A stretch of 44,867 nucleotides of DNA, taken from the NCBI GenBank assembly GCA_027067975.1, contig JAMOUS010000124.1, forward strand, positions 1-44,867, given 5' to 3'. Positions 28,778 through 37,938 of this stretch are shown one piece after another. The notes beneath the pieces were generated by a model that searched no databases, was not told the DNA's origin, and saw only the letters and a list, made by a program, of their open reading frames with translations. Numbering within the stretch: the stretch's first letter is position 1; each line of letters starts with the position of its first letter. The translations under genes and the position numbers were made by a program. This DNA is from Bacteroidales bacterium. Its GTDB lineage: Bacteria > Bacteroidota > Bacteroidia > Bacteroidales > VadinHA17.

Positions 28778-29674
28778 TCAGTTTCTCCAATTGAGTTGAA
28801 TCTCTTCGCCGTTGCGGGCGTGGCTGCCGGCGACGGTATGGAGTGTCAGACGGGCGCCACGGGCGCTGAGCCCGGCCTCGACCCAACCCACCGGGTCTTT
28901 TTCCCGGAAGTTATACCCCATTGCGGGTAAGTTGACCAGGTGCAATCCCTCTTGCTGTTGAATGCTGTAAACGTGAGAGTGACCGTAAAAAACGGCTTTC
29001 ACATGGCGGGAAGGGGTCACGATGCGCAGGAAACGGTCGGCATCGGCCAGGGAGCCGTCGCTGTCGTCAAGGGTATGGTGCAGGAAAAGGAACACCGGCT
29101 TGTCCGTATGGTCACGGAGAAATCCTTCGAGCCACTCCCGTTGAGCCTTCCCAAGCAACCCCAATGCCGGGGCAAGATTGGTGAAGACGAGCGAGTCGAG
29201 CAGCACCAACCGCATCATGGGATGCTCGATCACCAGCACATATTTCCCCCGTACCGGCATCCTGTCACCCGGTCCATCCGGAAAGGCTTTCAGAAAATTC
29301 TCCCGCACGTCATGATTTCCCAGGGCCATGGCTACCGGCACCTTCGACGCCAGGGGGACCAGCAGATCCCTCATCGTCCGGTAATCGCCGGGGTGACCCT
29401 CCAACCGGGCCAGATCGCCCGTGACCACCAACAGGTCGGGAGCGGCCTCCCTCACCTGCCGGACCCCCTCCCGCAGGTTCCGGTAAGGAAAAAAGCCCCG
29501 GTACGCATTCTCCGGATCCTCCGGCACATGCGTGTCGGACATCAGGGCCAGCCGGAAAACCTCCTTCCGGCCCCCGCCGAAAGGAGAAACAAACCCCGTC
29601 ACCATGACGGCAGCCACCCCCCCTGCCATCACCTTCAGAAAACGCCTCCTGTTCAATGGATATAGATATGGCAT
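28778..29674 (-). CDS. Calcineurin-like metallophosphoesterase (CpdA/Icc-like), Tat-exported
   Basis: RRRFLK Tat signal, then DTH, TGDL, GNHD, HH and GHSH metal motifs. Confidence 0.9.
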   Translation of the reverse strand: MPYLYPLNRRRFLKVMAGGVAAVMVTGFVSPFGGGRKEVFRLALMSDTHVPEDPENAYRGFFPYRNLREGVRQVREAAPDLLVVTGDLARLEGHPGDYRTMRDLLVPLASKVPVAMALGNHDVRENFLKAFPDGPGDRMPVRGKYVLVIEHPMMRLVLLDSLVFTNLAPALGLLGKAQREWLEGFLRDHTDKPVFLFLHHTLDDSDGSLADADRFLRIVTPSRHVKAVFYGHSHVYSIQQQEGLHLVNLPAMGYNFREKDPVGWVEAGLSARGARLTLHTVAGSHARNGEEIQLNWRN

Positions 29675-29837
29675 GACCCAAACATCTTATGTAACCCTTT
29701 CAATGTACAAAATTTTTTCCCCTTATCCCCCTCACACTGATTCTTCCTTCATCTCTCCGTTTCCGGTAATCCCCGGACCCTCCCCCCGAGATATTTTTTT
29801 TTAGTATTAGGTATTGCATAGTATTATTTTTTTCATT

Positions 29838-29860
29838 TATCTTTGCAATGTATGCTACAT
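29838..29860 (+). promoter_or_regulatory. -7 element (TATCTTTG) plus adjacent ATGTA-TGC-TACAT inverted repeat (candidate PadR operator)
   Basis: TAnnTTTG at 29838-29845 and a palindrome at 29848-29860 over the expected start site of the pspC-padR-pspC operon. Confidence 0.5.
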
Positions 29861-29881
29861 GGTCATATAAAATAAAGAAAA

Positions 29882-30463
29882 ATGAAAAGAACGATCACGG
29901 TCGACCTCGGGAGGATGCTTTTCCACATCGACGAAGAGGCTTACCAACGACTGGAAGGCTATCTCCGTTCGTGGGAGGAACATTTCGCCGGTGATCCGGC
30001 AGCCGAAGAGATCCTCGAAGACATTGAAGGTCGCATGGCCGAATTGTTCAGGGAGAGGTTGAAAGACCGTGAGCAGGTCCTCACTCTCCCGCTGGTGGAG
30101 AGGGTGATCGGGATCATGGGCGATCCCGGAGAGATGGAGGAAGAAGATCCCGCACGACCGGTCCATACGGAAAAAAAACGTTCTTACCGCCGCATTTACC
30201 GGGATCCCGACAACCGCATCGTAGGTGGAGTATGCGGGGGATTGGGGGCCTATTTCCGTATCGATCCCATCCTCTTCCGCATCCTCTTCATCCTGCTCAC
30301 CGTTGCCGGCGGCTCCGGCATCCTGCTTTACCTGATCCTATGGATCATCATCCCCGAAGCCAGGACCACCGCCCAAAAACTGGAGATGCGCGGAGAGCCG
30401 GTGAATGCCTCCAGCATCGGACGAAAGGTGAAAGAGGAGAGCGGAAAAAGCCCAAATGCGTAA
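29882..30463 (+). CDS. PspC domain-containing membrane protein (short form)
   Basis: N-terminal FHIDEEAY...DIEGRMAELF helical domain. PspC motif IYRDPDNRIVGGVCGGLGAYF...YLILWIIIP. Confidence 0.9.
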   Translation: MKRTITVDLGRMLFHIDEEAYQRLEGYLRSWEEHFAGDPAAEEILEDIEGRMAELFRERLKDREQVLTLPLVERVIGIMGDPGEMEEEDPARPVHTEKKRSYRRIYRDPDNRIVGGVCGGLGAYFRIDPILFRILFILLTVAGGSGILLYLILWIIIPEARTTAQKLEMRGEPVNASSIGRKVKEESGKSPNA

Positions 30464-30473
30464 ATCCATGGTC

Positions 30474-30800
30474 ATGAAGATAGAGAATGCACAAGCACAG
30501 ATGCGAAAGGGCGTGCTGGAATATTGCATCCTTTCGATCATCTCCCGTCAGAGCTGCTATGCCTCGGACATCCTGAAAGAGCTGAAAGAGGCGAAGATCA
30601 TCGTGGTGGAAGGGACTCTCTATCCCATACTCACCCGCCAGAAAAACGCCGGTCTGCTCAGCTACCGCTGGGAGGAGTCGCCTCAGGGACCCCCCAGAAA
30701 ATACTACGAACTCACCGATGAAGGACGGAAATACCTGGCCGAGCTGGACAAAGCCTGGAAAGAGCTGATCGACGCCGTGGAAAAGATCCGCAACAAATAA
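30474..30800 (+). CDS. PadR family transcriptional regulator
   Basis: MKIENAQAQMRKGVLEYCIL, EGTLYPIL and WEESPQGPPRKYYELT. Confidence 0.95.
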   Translation: MKIENAQAQMRKGVLEYCILSIISRQSCYASDILKELKEAKIIVVEGTLYPILTRQKNAGLLSYRWEESPQGPPRKYYELTDEGRKYLAELDKAWKELIDAVEKIRNK

Positions 30801-30810
30801 CCACCCCGCC

Positions 30811-32394
30811 ATGAAAAAGACCATCAAGATCAATCTACAGGGCGCCGTCTTCCACCTCGACGAGGACGCCTATGCCCTTTTGCAGGAATATCTCACCCGC
30901 ATCGGCGAACGATTCGCCTCAAAGGAAGAGCGGCAGGAGATTATCCAGGATATCGAGATCCGCATTGCGGAGATCTTCACCGACCGGCTGGCCGGAAAAC
31001 GGGAAGTGGTAAGCCGTGACGATGTGGAAAAGATGATCGGCCTCCTGGGCCGACCCGAAGATATCGGTGAGAGCGGGGAGGAATTCTCCTCGCCGGCCGG
31101 GGCAGAAGGATCTTCTTCCCCCAAAGGCCACAAACGCCTTTACCGCGATCCCGAAAACGCCGTGCTGGGAGGAGTATGCGGCGGTCTGGGGGCTTACTTC
31201 AACCTCGACCCCGTCTGGTTTCGCGTGGGTTTCATCCTCCTCACACTGGTCTATGGAGCCTCGGTGCTTCTTTACCTGCTTCTCTGGCTCATTCTCCCCG
31301 AAGCCCGCACCACCATCCAGCGGCTGGAGATGATGGGAGAACCAGTCAACCTCCAGAACATCAGCAAAAACGTCGAAAAAGGAGTGGGAAAGTTCCGGGA
31401 CGACCTGAAAAGGTTTCCCGAGAGTGAGACCTACCGCCGTTCCGCCTCTTTTGTCCGGTCGCTGTGGAATTCGCTGGCCGAGATCCTCGAGGTGTTGGTA
31501 CGGATCACCGTCATCCTTGCCGGAATCCTTTTCCTCTTTACCGGCATGGTGCTGCTGGTCGCCTTTCTTTTCTCGTTCGTTTTCAACGTCACCTCTTTCC
31601 TGCCCTGGTTCATTGCCGACCGGCCCGTGGATATGACAGAACTGCTGGGTGTCTTCATCCGCCCGGAGAACATTCCCTATTTCATCGGCACTTTGCTGCT
31701 CACGTTGGGCATTCCCATGGCCGCCTTGATCTATCTGGGCATCAAGATGATCTTCCGTCTTCGCGGCGGGCATCCTCTGGTAGGGGTCACATTTTTTGTC
31801 ATCTGGCTCTTCAGTGCCGTGACCTTCGGATTTTTTGTCGCCAATGTCCTGGCCAGCCAGGAAACCCATACCCTCACCACGGAGGTGGTGCCTCTTTCCC
31901 TTCCTCCCGGCGATACGCTGTATGTATCCTCTTTCCCGCCTCCGATGCAGATACATGAGATCGCCGTGATCGAAGACGAATGGGTGGGTCGCAACGACAG
32001 CACCGGCATGTTGGCTTTCCGTCCTTTGCTGCAGATCGTCCCCAGCGGGGGCGACCGTCCCGAGCTGGAGATCCTCCGTCGGGCCGGCGGTCCTTCCCGT
32101 AGAGCTGCACGGCTGCGGGCCGAGGCGATCCGTGTCACCTGGCTCTACCGCGACCGTCATCTGCAACTGGGGGAATGGTTCGAGGACGGAGAGGTGTGGC
32201 GCGGCGAACAGGTCACCTTCCGTCTCCGTCTGCCCCAAGGGACGGTTTTATGTCTCGACCCCGGTGTGCGGGAGATCATCTCCTCTTATATTCCCAATGC
32301 CGAAGACCTTTGGGGGGATGCCCTCGCCGGCCGCTGCTGGCGGATGGGAAAAGAGAAGCTTTACCTGTTCACCAGCACAAAAGCCCCCCAGTAG
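30811..32394 (+). CDS. PspC domain-containing membrane protein (long form, extra TM and periplasmic domain)
   Basis: Same N-terminal domain and PspC motif LYRDPENAVLGGVCGGLGAYF, then further TM helices and a beta-rich C-terminus. Confidence 0.88.
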   Translation: MKKTIKINLQGAVFHLDEDAYALLQEYLTRIGERFASKEERQEIIQDIEIRIAEIFTDRLAGKREVVSRDDVEKMIGLLGRPEDIGESGEEFSSPAGAEGSSSPKGHKRLYRDPENAVLGGVCGGLGAYFNLDPVWFRVGFILLTLVYGASVLLYLLLWLILPEARTTIQRLEMMGEPVNLQNISKNVEKGVGKFRDDLKRFPESETYRRSASFVRSLWNSLAEILEVLVRITVILAGILFLFTGMVLLVAFLFSFVFNVTSFLPWFIADRPVDMTELLGVFIRPENIPYFIGTLLLTLGIPMAALIYLGIKMIFRLRGGHPLVGVTFFVIWLFSAVTFGFFVANVLASQETHTLTTEVVPLSLPPGDTLYVSSFPPPMQIHEIAVIEDEWVGRNDSTGMLAFRPLLQIVPSGGDRPELEILRRAGGPSRRAARLRAEAIRVTWLYRDRHLQLGEWFEDGEVWRGEQVTFRLRLPQGTVLCLDPGVREIISSYIPNAEDLWGDALAGRCWRMGKEKLYLFTSTKAPQ

Positions 32395-35261
32395 AAAGGG
32401 GCGGGATACTGCTCCCGAACCTTGCGCTGGGCCCTGACGAAAGCCTCTTGCCGGTCGCCCCCCTCAAGCCAGTAACTATAGAAAAGGGTCATCAGCTGTT
32501 GGGTCACCTGGTCGCTCACCTGCCAGAGGGAGATCATCACCGAGGTGGCGCCGGCCAGCTGGAACGACCGCTGCAGGCCGTAGACCCCCTCGCCGTTGCG
32601 CACCTCCCCCAGACCGGTCTCACAGGCGCTCAGCACCACCATCTCCGTGCCGGTAAGGTCCATCATCGAAGCCTCATAGGCATTCAGGATGCCGTCGTCC
32701 TGCTCCTGTGAGGTGAGCGAGTCGAGGTTCTGGATGGTCTTGTCGGCTCCTGTGAAGAGGAGACCCGACCGCAACAGGGGGTTGGTGACGGCCCGCTGCG
32801 GCGCGATGCCGAAGATACGCTCTTCCCTTGGCGGGATGTCGGGCAGGAAATAACCATGCGTGGCCAGATGCAACACGCCGGGACGATGCACCCCCCGCAC
32901 ATGCGCTTCGGTAGCTTCCTTTTGTAGGTAGAGGGTGGTATGCCAGCCATGCCCCTCCAGGATCGTCTGCACTTTCTTCACCTCTTTCTCGGTCCCCGGC
33001 AACGGCGGCAACGGCATCTCTTTCATCTTGTCCCAGTCGAACCCCAGATCATACTGCGGATTGCCCACCAACACCGCATCTTTCCTGAGACGTGTCGTCT
33101 TCTCCCTCTTCAGGGTCACCAGATCCCCGATGTTGGTGAGGTAAAACACATCATGGCGGTCGATGACGAACGATCCGTCGTCATACTGCAGCGTGGCCAG
33201 GTTGACGAAGTTGTAGATGCCGTCGGGCGAGACATACCAGCGTTTTATCTTCTGAACCTTTCTCTCCACACTTCCCCAGAAAGGGGCGGCAAAAGGCACC
33301 TTCTCCTTGGCCTGCTGCATCGCCCGGCGGTATCCGGTGATGACCCTCTCTTCGAGTTCGTTCCCGTGGGGGATCTCCACCAGGAGGGGGCGTTCCGTTC
33401 CTGCGGTGACCACCAGTGCCACATACCGCACCACGGTATCCTTCCGGTAGTGCCGGTAATTGTCGAGCCGGACGATCTCGATGGCCGCCTCCCCGGGGGC
33501 TACCTGCCGCCGGATGGTCGCAAAGAGAGGTTTTTCCTTCTTACTGCCGCCGAAAAGTCCGGAACGGGCAGCCAGCTCTTTCTCCAGGTGTCCGACGACC
33601 GTCTCCAGTGAGTCGACATTGATCCCGTTGCTGCGGATCTCCTCCTTGGTCATCGAATACACTTTTGCCAGATACTGTTTGTTGTCGAGCCACTGCCGAT
33701 AGAGTTTCTTCAGCTCTTCGTCATCGCCGGTGAGGATACGGTTGCGGATGCGGCTGGAGGTGTTCAGCAGGAGGGCCTTGGTGGCCATGCGGTAGTCGAA
33801 AAAGGCCGAAACCACCCCCGGCACTTTTTCCCCTGCCTCCATCGCAAAGTTGAAAAAGCGTTCAAAACGGGGGGCGATGGTATGCCAGAAGCTGGCCTGC
33901 CCGTATTCGCTGAGGGCGGGGAAGTAGCGGTCGATCTGAGCGATGTATTCGTCCAGGACCGTGCGATAGCGGGTAAAGGCTCCTTCATAGTTGTTCTCTT
34001 CCCAATCCAGAACAGCGAGGGCCTCTTCGAGGTCGGCGAGGCGGGGATGGTGGTCGGGGAGGGTCCCCCGCAGCACGGCCAGCGCCTGTTCGAGTTCGGG
34101 CCGCGCCGCCGCAGGCCGCTCCATGAAAAGATGAAAACGCCCCAGGTCGGCCATACAACCTGCCCAGGCCGGATGCGAGGTGCCGAACTTCTTCCCGTAA
34201 ATCCCCAGCGCCTGCTTCAGCAGCGGCTCCACCCGGTCGTAACGCCCGTTGGAAAGGTAAAGCCCCGCCAGGTTCTGGAGCATCACCGCATAGTCGGGAT
34301 GGTGCGTGCCCAGACGCCGCTTTTTGATGGCAATGGCCTCGAGGAAGATCTTCTCCGCCTTATCCTTCTTTCCCTCGGCCTCATAGAGCATGGCCAGGTT
34401 CACCTTCATCCGCACATAGTTGGGAGAGCGGTCGCGCAGGTTGTTGCCGGCCACGTCGAGGGCTTCCAGGAAGAGCTTTTCCGCCCTGTCATACTTTCCC
34501 AGTTGCTGGTTGAGGACGGCCAGGTTGTTGAGGATCACCGCATATGCCGCCGAGCTTTCCCCCAACGAGGCGGCGGTGAGCTGCAGGGCCCGCGAGAGGA
34601 GGTCATCCGCCTCACCGTAGCGGGCTGTCTCCTTGTAGAGAACGCCCAGGTTGTTGCACGATGCCCCCAGCGGCGCAGGATCACCCAGCTTCTCCCGCAA
34701 TTCATAAGCCTCCCGGCTGTACTCCTCCGCCTCGGCATAACGTCCGGTGGTCTGCATCAACAACCCCAGGTTGCTCAGCACCAATGCATATTTTTCCGTC
34801 CCCTCCATCCCTTTTTGCCGCAGGAGCATGAGTGCCGTGAGGAAGGCGTTCTGTGCCCCCTGGTAATGACCCGTGGCATAGAGCAGCTGGCCCGTGCGGT
34901 TGTAATCGTCGGGATCCAGCTCCGAGAGACGTGCTTCGAGCTTTTCATCCCACGTCCCCGGCTTCGCGGCAAAACCGATGATCGAACGCTTGTAGGTCTC
35001 GAACTTGTCCTCCGCCTCGAACATGCCGGAATTGTCACTGAACGAGACGGCATAGTTGAGCTCGGCAGGGTCATACGCCTCGCTCCAGCGGACGAGGCGT
35101 GCCCGCAAACTGTCCTCAAGCGCCCGGGCACTCTTCTTCGCGATGTGGATCGCCTCCTTCTTCGCCTGTTTCAAAAGCTGCTCCTTGATCGACTTCCATT
35201 GTCCGTATTGTGGAATAGAGAAGAGAAACCAGAACGAGATGACAAACAAGAACTTTTTCAT
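32361..35261 (-). CDS. TPR-repeat CHAT-domain (caspase-like) protease with signal peptide
   Basis: MKKFLFVISFWFLFS signal, about 7 TPR repeats (NNLGVLY, NNLAVL, QNLAGLY), CHAT motifs HLATHG, SACETG, SLWQV and PFYWGAF. The ATG overlaps the putP stop (ATGA). Confidence 0.9.
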   Translation of the reverse strand: MKKFLFVISFWFLFSIPQYGQWKSIKEQLLKQAKKEAIHIAKKSARALEDSLRARLVRWSEAYDPAELNYAVSFSDNSGMFEAEDKFETYKRSIIGFAAKPGTWDEKLEARLSELDPDDYNRTGQLLYATGHYQGAQNAFLTALMLLRQKGMEGTEKYALVLSNLGLLMQTTGRYAEAEEYSREAYELREKLGDPAPLGASCNNLGVLYKETARYGEADDLLSRALQLTAASLGESSAAYAVILNNLAVLNQQLGKYDRAEKLFLEALDVAGNNLRDRSPNYVRMKVNLAMLYEAEGKKDKAEKIFLEAIAIKKRRLGTHHPDYAVMLQNLAGLYLSNGRYDRVEPLLKQALGIYGKKFGTSHPAWAGCMADLGRFHLFMERPAAARPELEQALAVLRGTLPDHHPRLADLEEALAVLDWEENNYEGAFTRYRTVLDEYIAQIDRYFPALSEYGQASFWHTIAPRFERFFNFAMEAGEKVPGVVSAFFDYRMATKALLLNTSSRIRNRILTGDDEELKKLYRQWLDNKQYLAKVYSMTKEEIRSNGINVDSLETVVGHLEKELAARSGLFGGSKKEKPLFATIRRQVAPGEAAIEIVRLDNYRHYRKDTVVRYVALVVTAGTERPLLVEIPHGNELEERVITGYRRAMQQAKEKVPFAAPFWGSVERKVQKIKRWYVSPDGIYNFVNLATLQYDDGSFVIDRHDVFYLTNIGDLVTLKREKTTRLRKDAVLVGNPQYDLGFDWDKMKEMPLPPLPGTEKEVKKVQTILEGHGWHTTLYLQKEATEAHVRGVHRPGVLHLATHGYFLPDIPPREERIFGIAPQRAVTNPLLRSGLLFTGADKTIQNLDSLTSQEQDDGILNAYEASMMDLTGTEMVVLSACETGLGEVRNGEGVYGLQRSFQLAGATSVMISLWQVSDQVTQQLMTLFYSYWLEGGDRQEAFVRAQRKVREQYPAPFYWGAFVLVNR

Positions 35262-36715
35262 GACGGGTTGGGTTGGTTGGGTAAGACGGGAACCTCCTCT
35301 TTCCGGGTGAGGAGGCTCACGACGATGACGGCCATCAGGGCGGTCACGAACGAGGTGAAACGCACAGAGACAGCCTGATCGAGGAAGGTGATCTCCGACC
35401 AAACGACGGTGACGAGTGTGCCGGTGATCATGCCTGCGAGAACGCCCTGCCAGGTGGTCTTCTTCCATTTGAGCAGAAGGAGGAGGGCCGGCCCGAACGA
35501 AGCCCCCAGCCCCGACCAGGCATACGAGACCAGTCCAAAGACCAGCTTGGTGGAGGTGACGGCGATGACAAAGGCCATCACCCCCACGACCACGGTGATC
35601 AGACGGCTGAGGAAGAGGAGCCGCCTACCCGTCAGCTCACGGCGCAACGTGCGGTGGTAAAGGTCTTCGATCACCGACGAGGTGATCACCAGCAGCTGGC
35701 TGTCGGCGGTGGACATCATGGCGGCGATGGCGCCGGAGATGAAGATGCCGGCGAGCCAGGCCGGCAGGAAGTCGTTCGCCAGCGCCGGCATCACCTGCTC
35801 GACATCGCTGAAATGGCCTTCGCCATACATGGCCAGCCCCACCAGGCCGATGACGAAGGCGCCGGTGAAGGCGGGAACGGCCCAGGCGATGGCGATGCGG
35901 CGGCTGACCTTGATCTTCTCACTGTCGCGGATGGCCATGAAACGGGTAAGCAGGTGCGGCTGGCCCATGTACCCGAAAAACCAGCTGAGGCCGCCGATGA
36001 CGACACTCACCGCCGCCAGGCCTGTCGCCCCGCCGGTGAGGCTGGCATAATGCGGGCCGGCCTGATGCACCGCCTCCCGCAACGAATGCCCCGTCGCCGA
36101 GACCTCGAAGAGCCCGACCACCGGCAACACCACCAACGTGCCGATCATGATGATCCCCTGGATGAAATCGGTCCACGCCACCGCAAAAAAGCCCCCCATC
36201 ATGGTATAAAAGATGATCACCACCGCCCCGAGGACGATGCCCCAAAACTGCGGAATGCCAAAGGTGACAAAAAGCACCTTGCCCGCACCGTTGAACTGCG
36301 CCGCCAGATAGAAAGTGAAAAAGAAGACGATGATCAGCGACGAGACCAGCCGGATGAGATCGCCCCCCTGCCCGAGACGCTCGGAGAAAAAGTTGGGCAG
36401 GGTAATGGCATCGTACTTCTCCGACTGCACCCGCAGGTCTTTGGCGATGACAAACCAATAGAAGATGATGCCCAACACACACCCGAGGGCCGTCCACACA
36501 TGCAGGAAACCGGCGGCCAACGCCGCCCCGGGAAGCCCTACCAGCAGCCAAGCCGACTCGCCCGAGGCACGCTCGGAAAAAGCCACCACCCACGGGTTCA
36601 GTTTACGCCCCGCCAGAAAAAAATCTTTGTGCGATTTGTTCGAATGATAGGTGAGAAACCCCACCAGCAACACCAACAACAGGTAAATGATGAACCCCAG
36701 TAACGTGAAATTCAT
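35258..36715 (-). CDS. putP: Sodium/proline symporter (SSS family)
   Basis: DFFLAGRKL, SGESAWLLVGLPG, GGFFAVAWTD, GYMGQPH, AAMMSTADSQLL and AWSGLGASFGP. Substrate is inferred from the family. Confidence 0.85.
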   Translation of the reverse strand: MNFTLLGFIIYLLLVLLVGFLTYHSNKSHKDFFLAGRKLNPWVVAFSERASGESAWLLVGLPGAALAAGFLHVWTALGCVLGIIFYWFVIAKDLRVQSEKYDAITLPNFFSERLGQGGDLIRLVSSLIIVFFFTFYLAAQFNGAGKVLFVTFGIPQFWGIVLGAVVIIFYTMMGGFFAVAWTDFIQGIIMIGTLVVLPVVGLFEVSATGHSLREAVHQAGPHYASLTGGATGLAAVSVVIGGLSWFFGYMGQPHLLTRFMAIRDSEKIKVSRRIAIAWAVPAFTGAFVIGLVGLAMYGEGHFSDVEQVMPALANDFLPAWLAGIFISGAIAAMMSTADSQLLVITSSVIEDLYHRTLRRELTGRRLLFLSRLITVVVGVMAFVIAVTSTKLVFGLVSYAWSGLGASFGPALLLLLKWKKTTWQGVLAGMITGTLVTVVWSEITFLDQAVSVRFTSFVTALMAVIVVSLLTRKEEVPVLPNQPNPS

Positions 36716-36753
36716 GACTGTCGCACTTTTCGTTCGTTACCCCAGCTGAAAAA

Positions 36754-36761
36754 CAAACTTA
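36754..36761 (-). promoter_or_regulatory. -7 element (TAAGTTTG) for putP
   Basis: Plus-strand CAAACTTA about 39 nt upstream of the putP ATG. Confidence 0.5.
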
Positions 36762-36766
36762 AAAAT

Positions 36767-36802
36767 AAAAAAAAAGCAGAGGGGACCCTCATGGCCCCCT
36801 CT
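36767..36802 (-). terminator. Intrinsic terminator on minus strand upstream of putP
   Basis: Minus strand AGAGGGGGCC-ATGAG-GGTCCCCTCT-GC-T9. The stem is fully paired (one G-U) only in this orientation. Confidence 0.8.
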
Positions 36803-36850
36803 TTTTGTTAACCTACTCATAAACCCCGCGAAAAAACCTACTGCTTTCAC
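36767..36850 (-). ncRNA. Candidate ECF-sigma-dependent small RNA (about 80 nt) with two AGUAGGUU motifs
   Basis: Lies between an ECF-like promoter and the terminator, with the repeated octamer in the unstructured part. Inferred only. Confidence 0.45.
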
Positions 36851-36855
36851 TTTTA

Positions 36856-36883
36856 TAGACGAAAAATAACCCGATTTGTTTCA
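36856..36883 (-). promoter_or_regulatory. ECF sigma-type promoter TGAAAC-N16-CGTCTA
   Basis: Matches the canonical AAC/CGT ECF promoter layout with a 16-nt spacer. Confidence 0.55.
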
Positions 36884-36929
36884 TCCCTCTCGGAAAATAT
36901 TTTTTGTTCCTCGCATCTTTCATATTTCT

Positions 36930-36937
36930 TAACTTTG
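36930..36937 (+). promoter_or_regulatory. -7 element (TAACTTTG) for gldA-like gene
   Basis: TAnnTTTG 26 nt before ATG 36963. Confidence 0.55.
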
Positions 36938-36962
36938 GGATCGATAAAATAAGGAGCAGGGG

Positions 36963-37889
36963 ATGTCGATCACGGTACGCAATGTCACGAAGTGGTATGG
37001 TCAGCAGAAGGCGCTGGACAATGTCTCCTTCACGGTGGAGGAGGGGCATGTCACCGGCTTTCTGGGACCGAACGGAGCGGGGAAGTCGACGATGATGAAG
37101 ATCATCACCGGCTTTCTGCCGCCCAGTGCGGGTGAGGTGCGGGTGAACGGTCTGGAGGTACGCGCCCACCTGCTGGAGGTGCGTAAGATGATCGGCTACT
37201 TGCCCGAGCACAATCCCCTCTATCCGGAGATGTACGTGCGGGAATACCTGCACTATGTGGCGGGCATCTACCGTCTGGGACGGCGCAGCCGCAAGCGGGT
37301 GGAAGAGATCATCGAACTGACGGGCCTGGGACCGGAACAGCACAAACAGATCGGCTCGCTCTCGAAAGGCTACCGTCAGCGTGTGGGGCTGGCCCAGGCG
37401 CTCATCCACGACCCGCAGGTGCTCATCCTCGACGAACCCACCTCCGGCCTCGACCCCAACCAGATCGTCGAGATCCGTGAGCTGATCAAAAAACTGGGCA
37501 GGGAAAAGACCATCCTCCTCTCCACCCATATCATGCAGGAGGTGGAAGCCATCTGCGACCGGGTGATCATCATTCACCGCGGCCGCATCATCGCCGACGA
37601 GTCGGAACGCTCGCTGGTGACACTGCAAAAGGAACAAACTCACTTCACCCTGCAGGTGGAGTTCAGCGGGAGTGTCCCCGCCCGCCTCCTGGAACAGCTC
37701 CCAAAGGTACTGGCCGTGGAGGAGGAGGGCCCCGGGACCTTCACCCTCCACTGCGAAGAGGATCTCCGCGAAGAGATCTTCCGCCTGGCCGTGCGCGAAG
37801 GCCTCACCCTGCGGGGCCTGGCCCTCGCCGGCCGGAACCTCGAAGATGTCTTCCGCGAACTCACCTCCCGCACCCCCTACGAGGCGTAA
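36963..37889 (+). CDS. gldA: ABC transporter ATP-binding protein, GldA-like
   Basis: GPNGAGKSTMMK, GYLPEHNPLY, LSKGYRQRVGLAQAL, LDEPTSGLDPNQ and LSTHIMQEVEA. Partner gldF/gldG genes are not adjacent. Confidence 0.8.
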   Translation: MSITVRNVTKWYGQQKALDNVSFTVEEGHVTGFLGPNGAGKSTMMKIITGFLPPSAGEVRVNGLEVRAHLLEVRKMIGYLPEHNPLYPEMYVREYLHYVAGIYRLGRRSRKRVEEIIELTGLGPEQHKQIGSLSKGYRQRVGLAQALIHDPQVLILDEPTSGLDPNQIVEIRELIKKLGREKTILLSTHIMQEVEAICDRVIIIHRGRIIADESERSLVTLQKEQTHFTLQVEFSGSVPARLLEQLPKVLAVEEEGPGTFTLHCEEDLREEIFRLAVREGLTLRGLALAGRNLEDVFRELTSRTPYEA

Positions 37890-37938
37890 AAAAGCTGCGG
37901 CGTTTTGTTATCTGGCACATTTTCATTTCCTTTGCCTC

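Noticed and set aside
28530-28886. 118-aa minus-strand ORF across the palindrome region; also considered a dif site
   Set aside because: No motifs and atypical composition. No XerC/XerD-type 11-6-11 site with a TTATGTTAAAT-like arm is visible.
35262-35468. Upstream in-frame extensions of ORFs (CHAT to 35468, lactonase to 12117, rlpA to 218, metH to 24654, HAD to 40520)
   Set aside because: They overlap neighbouring genes or promoters. Downstream ATGs give signal peptides or stop/start overlaps and are more plausible.
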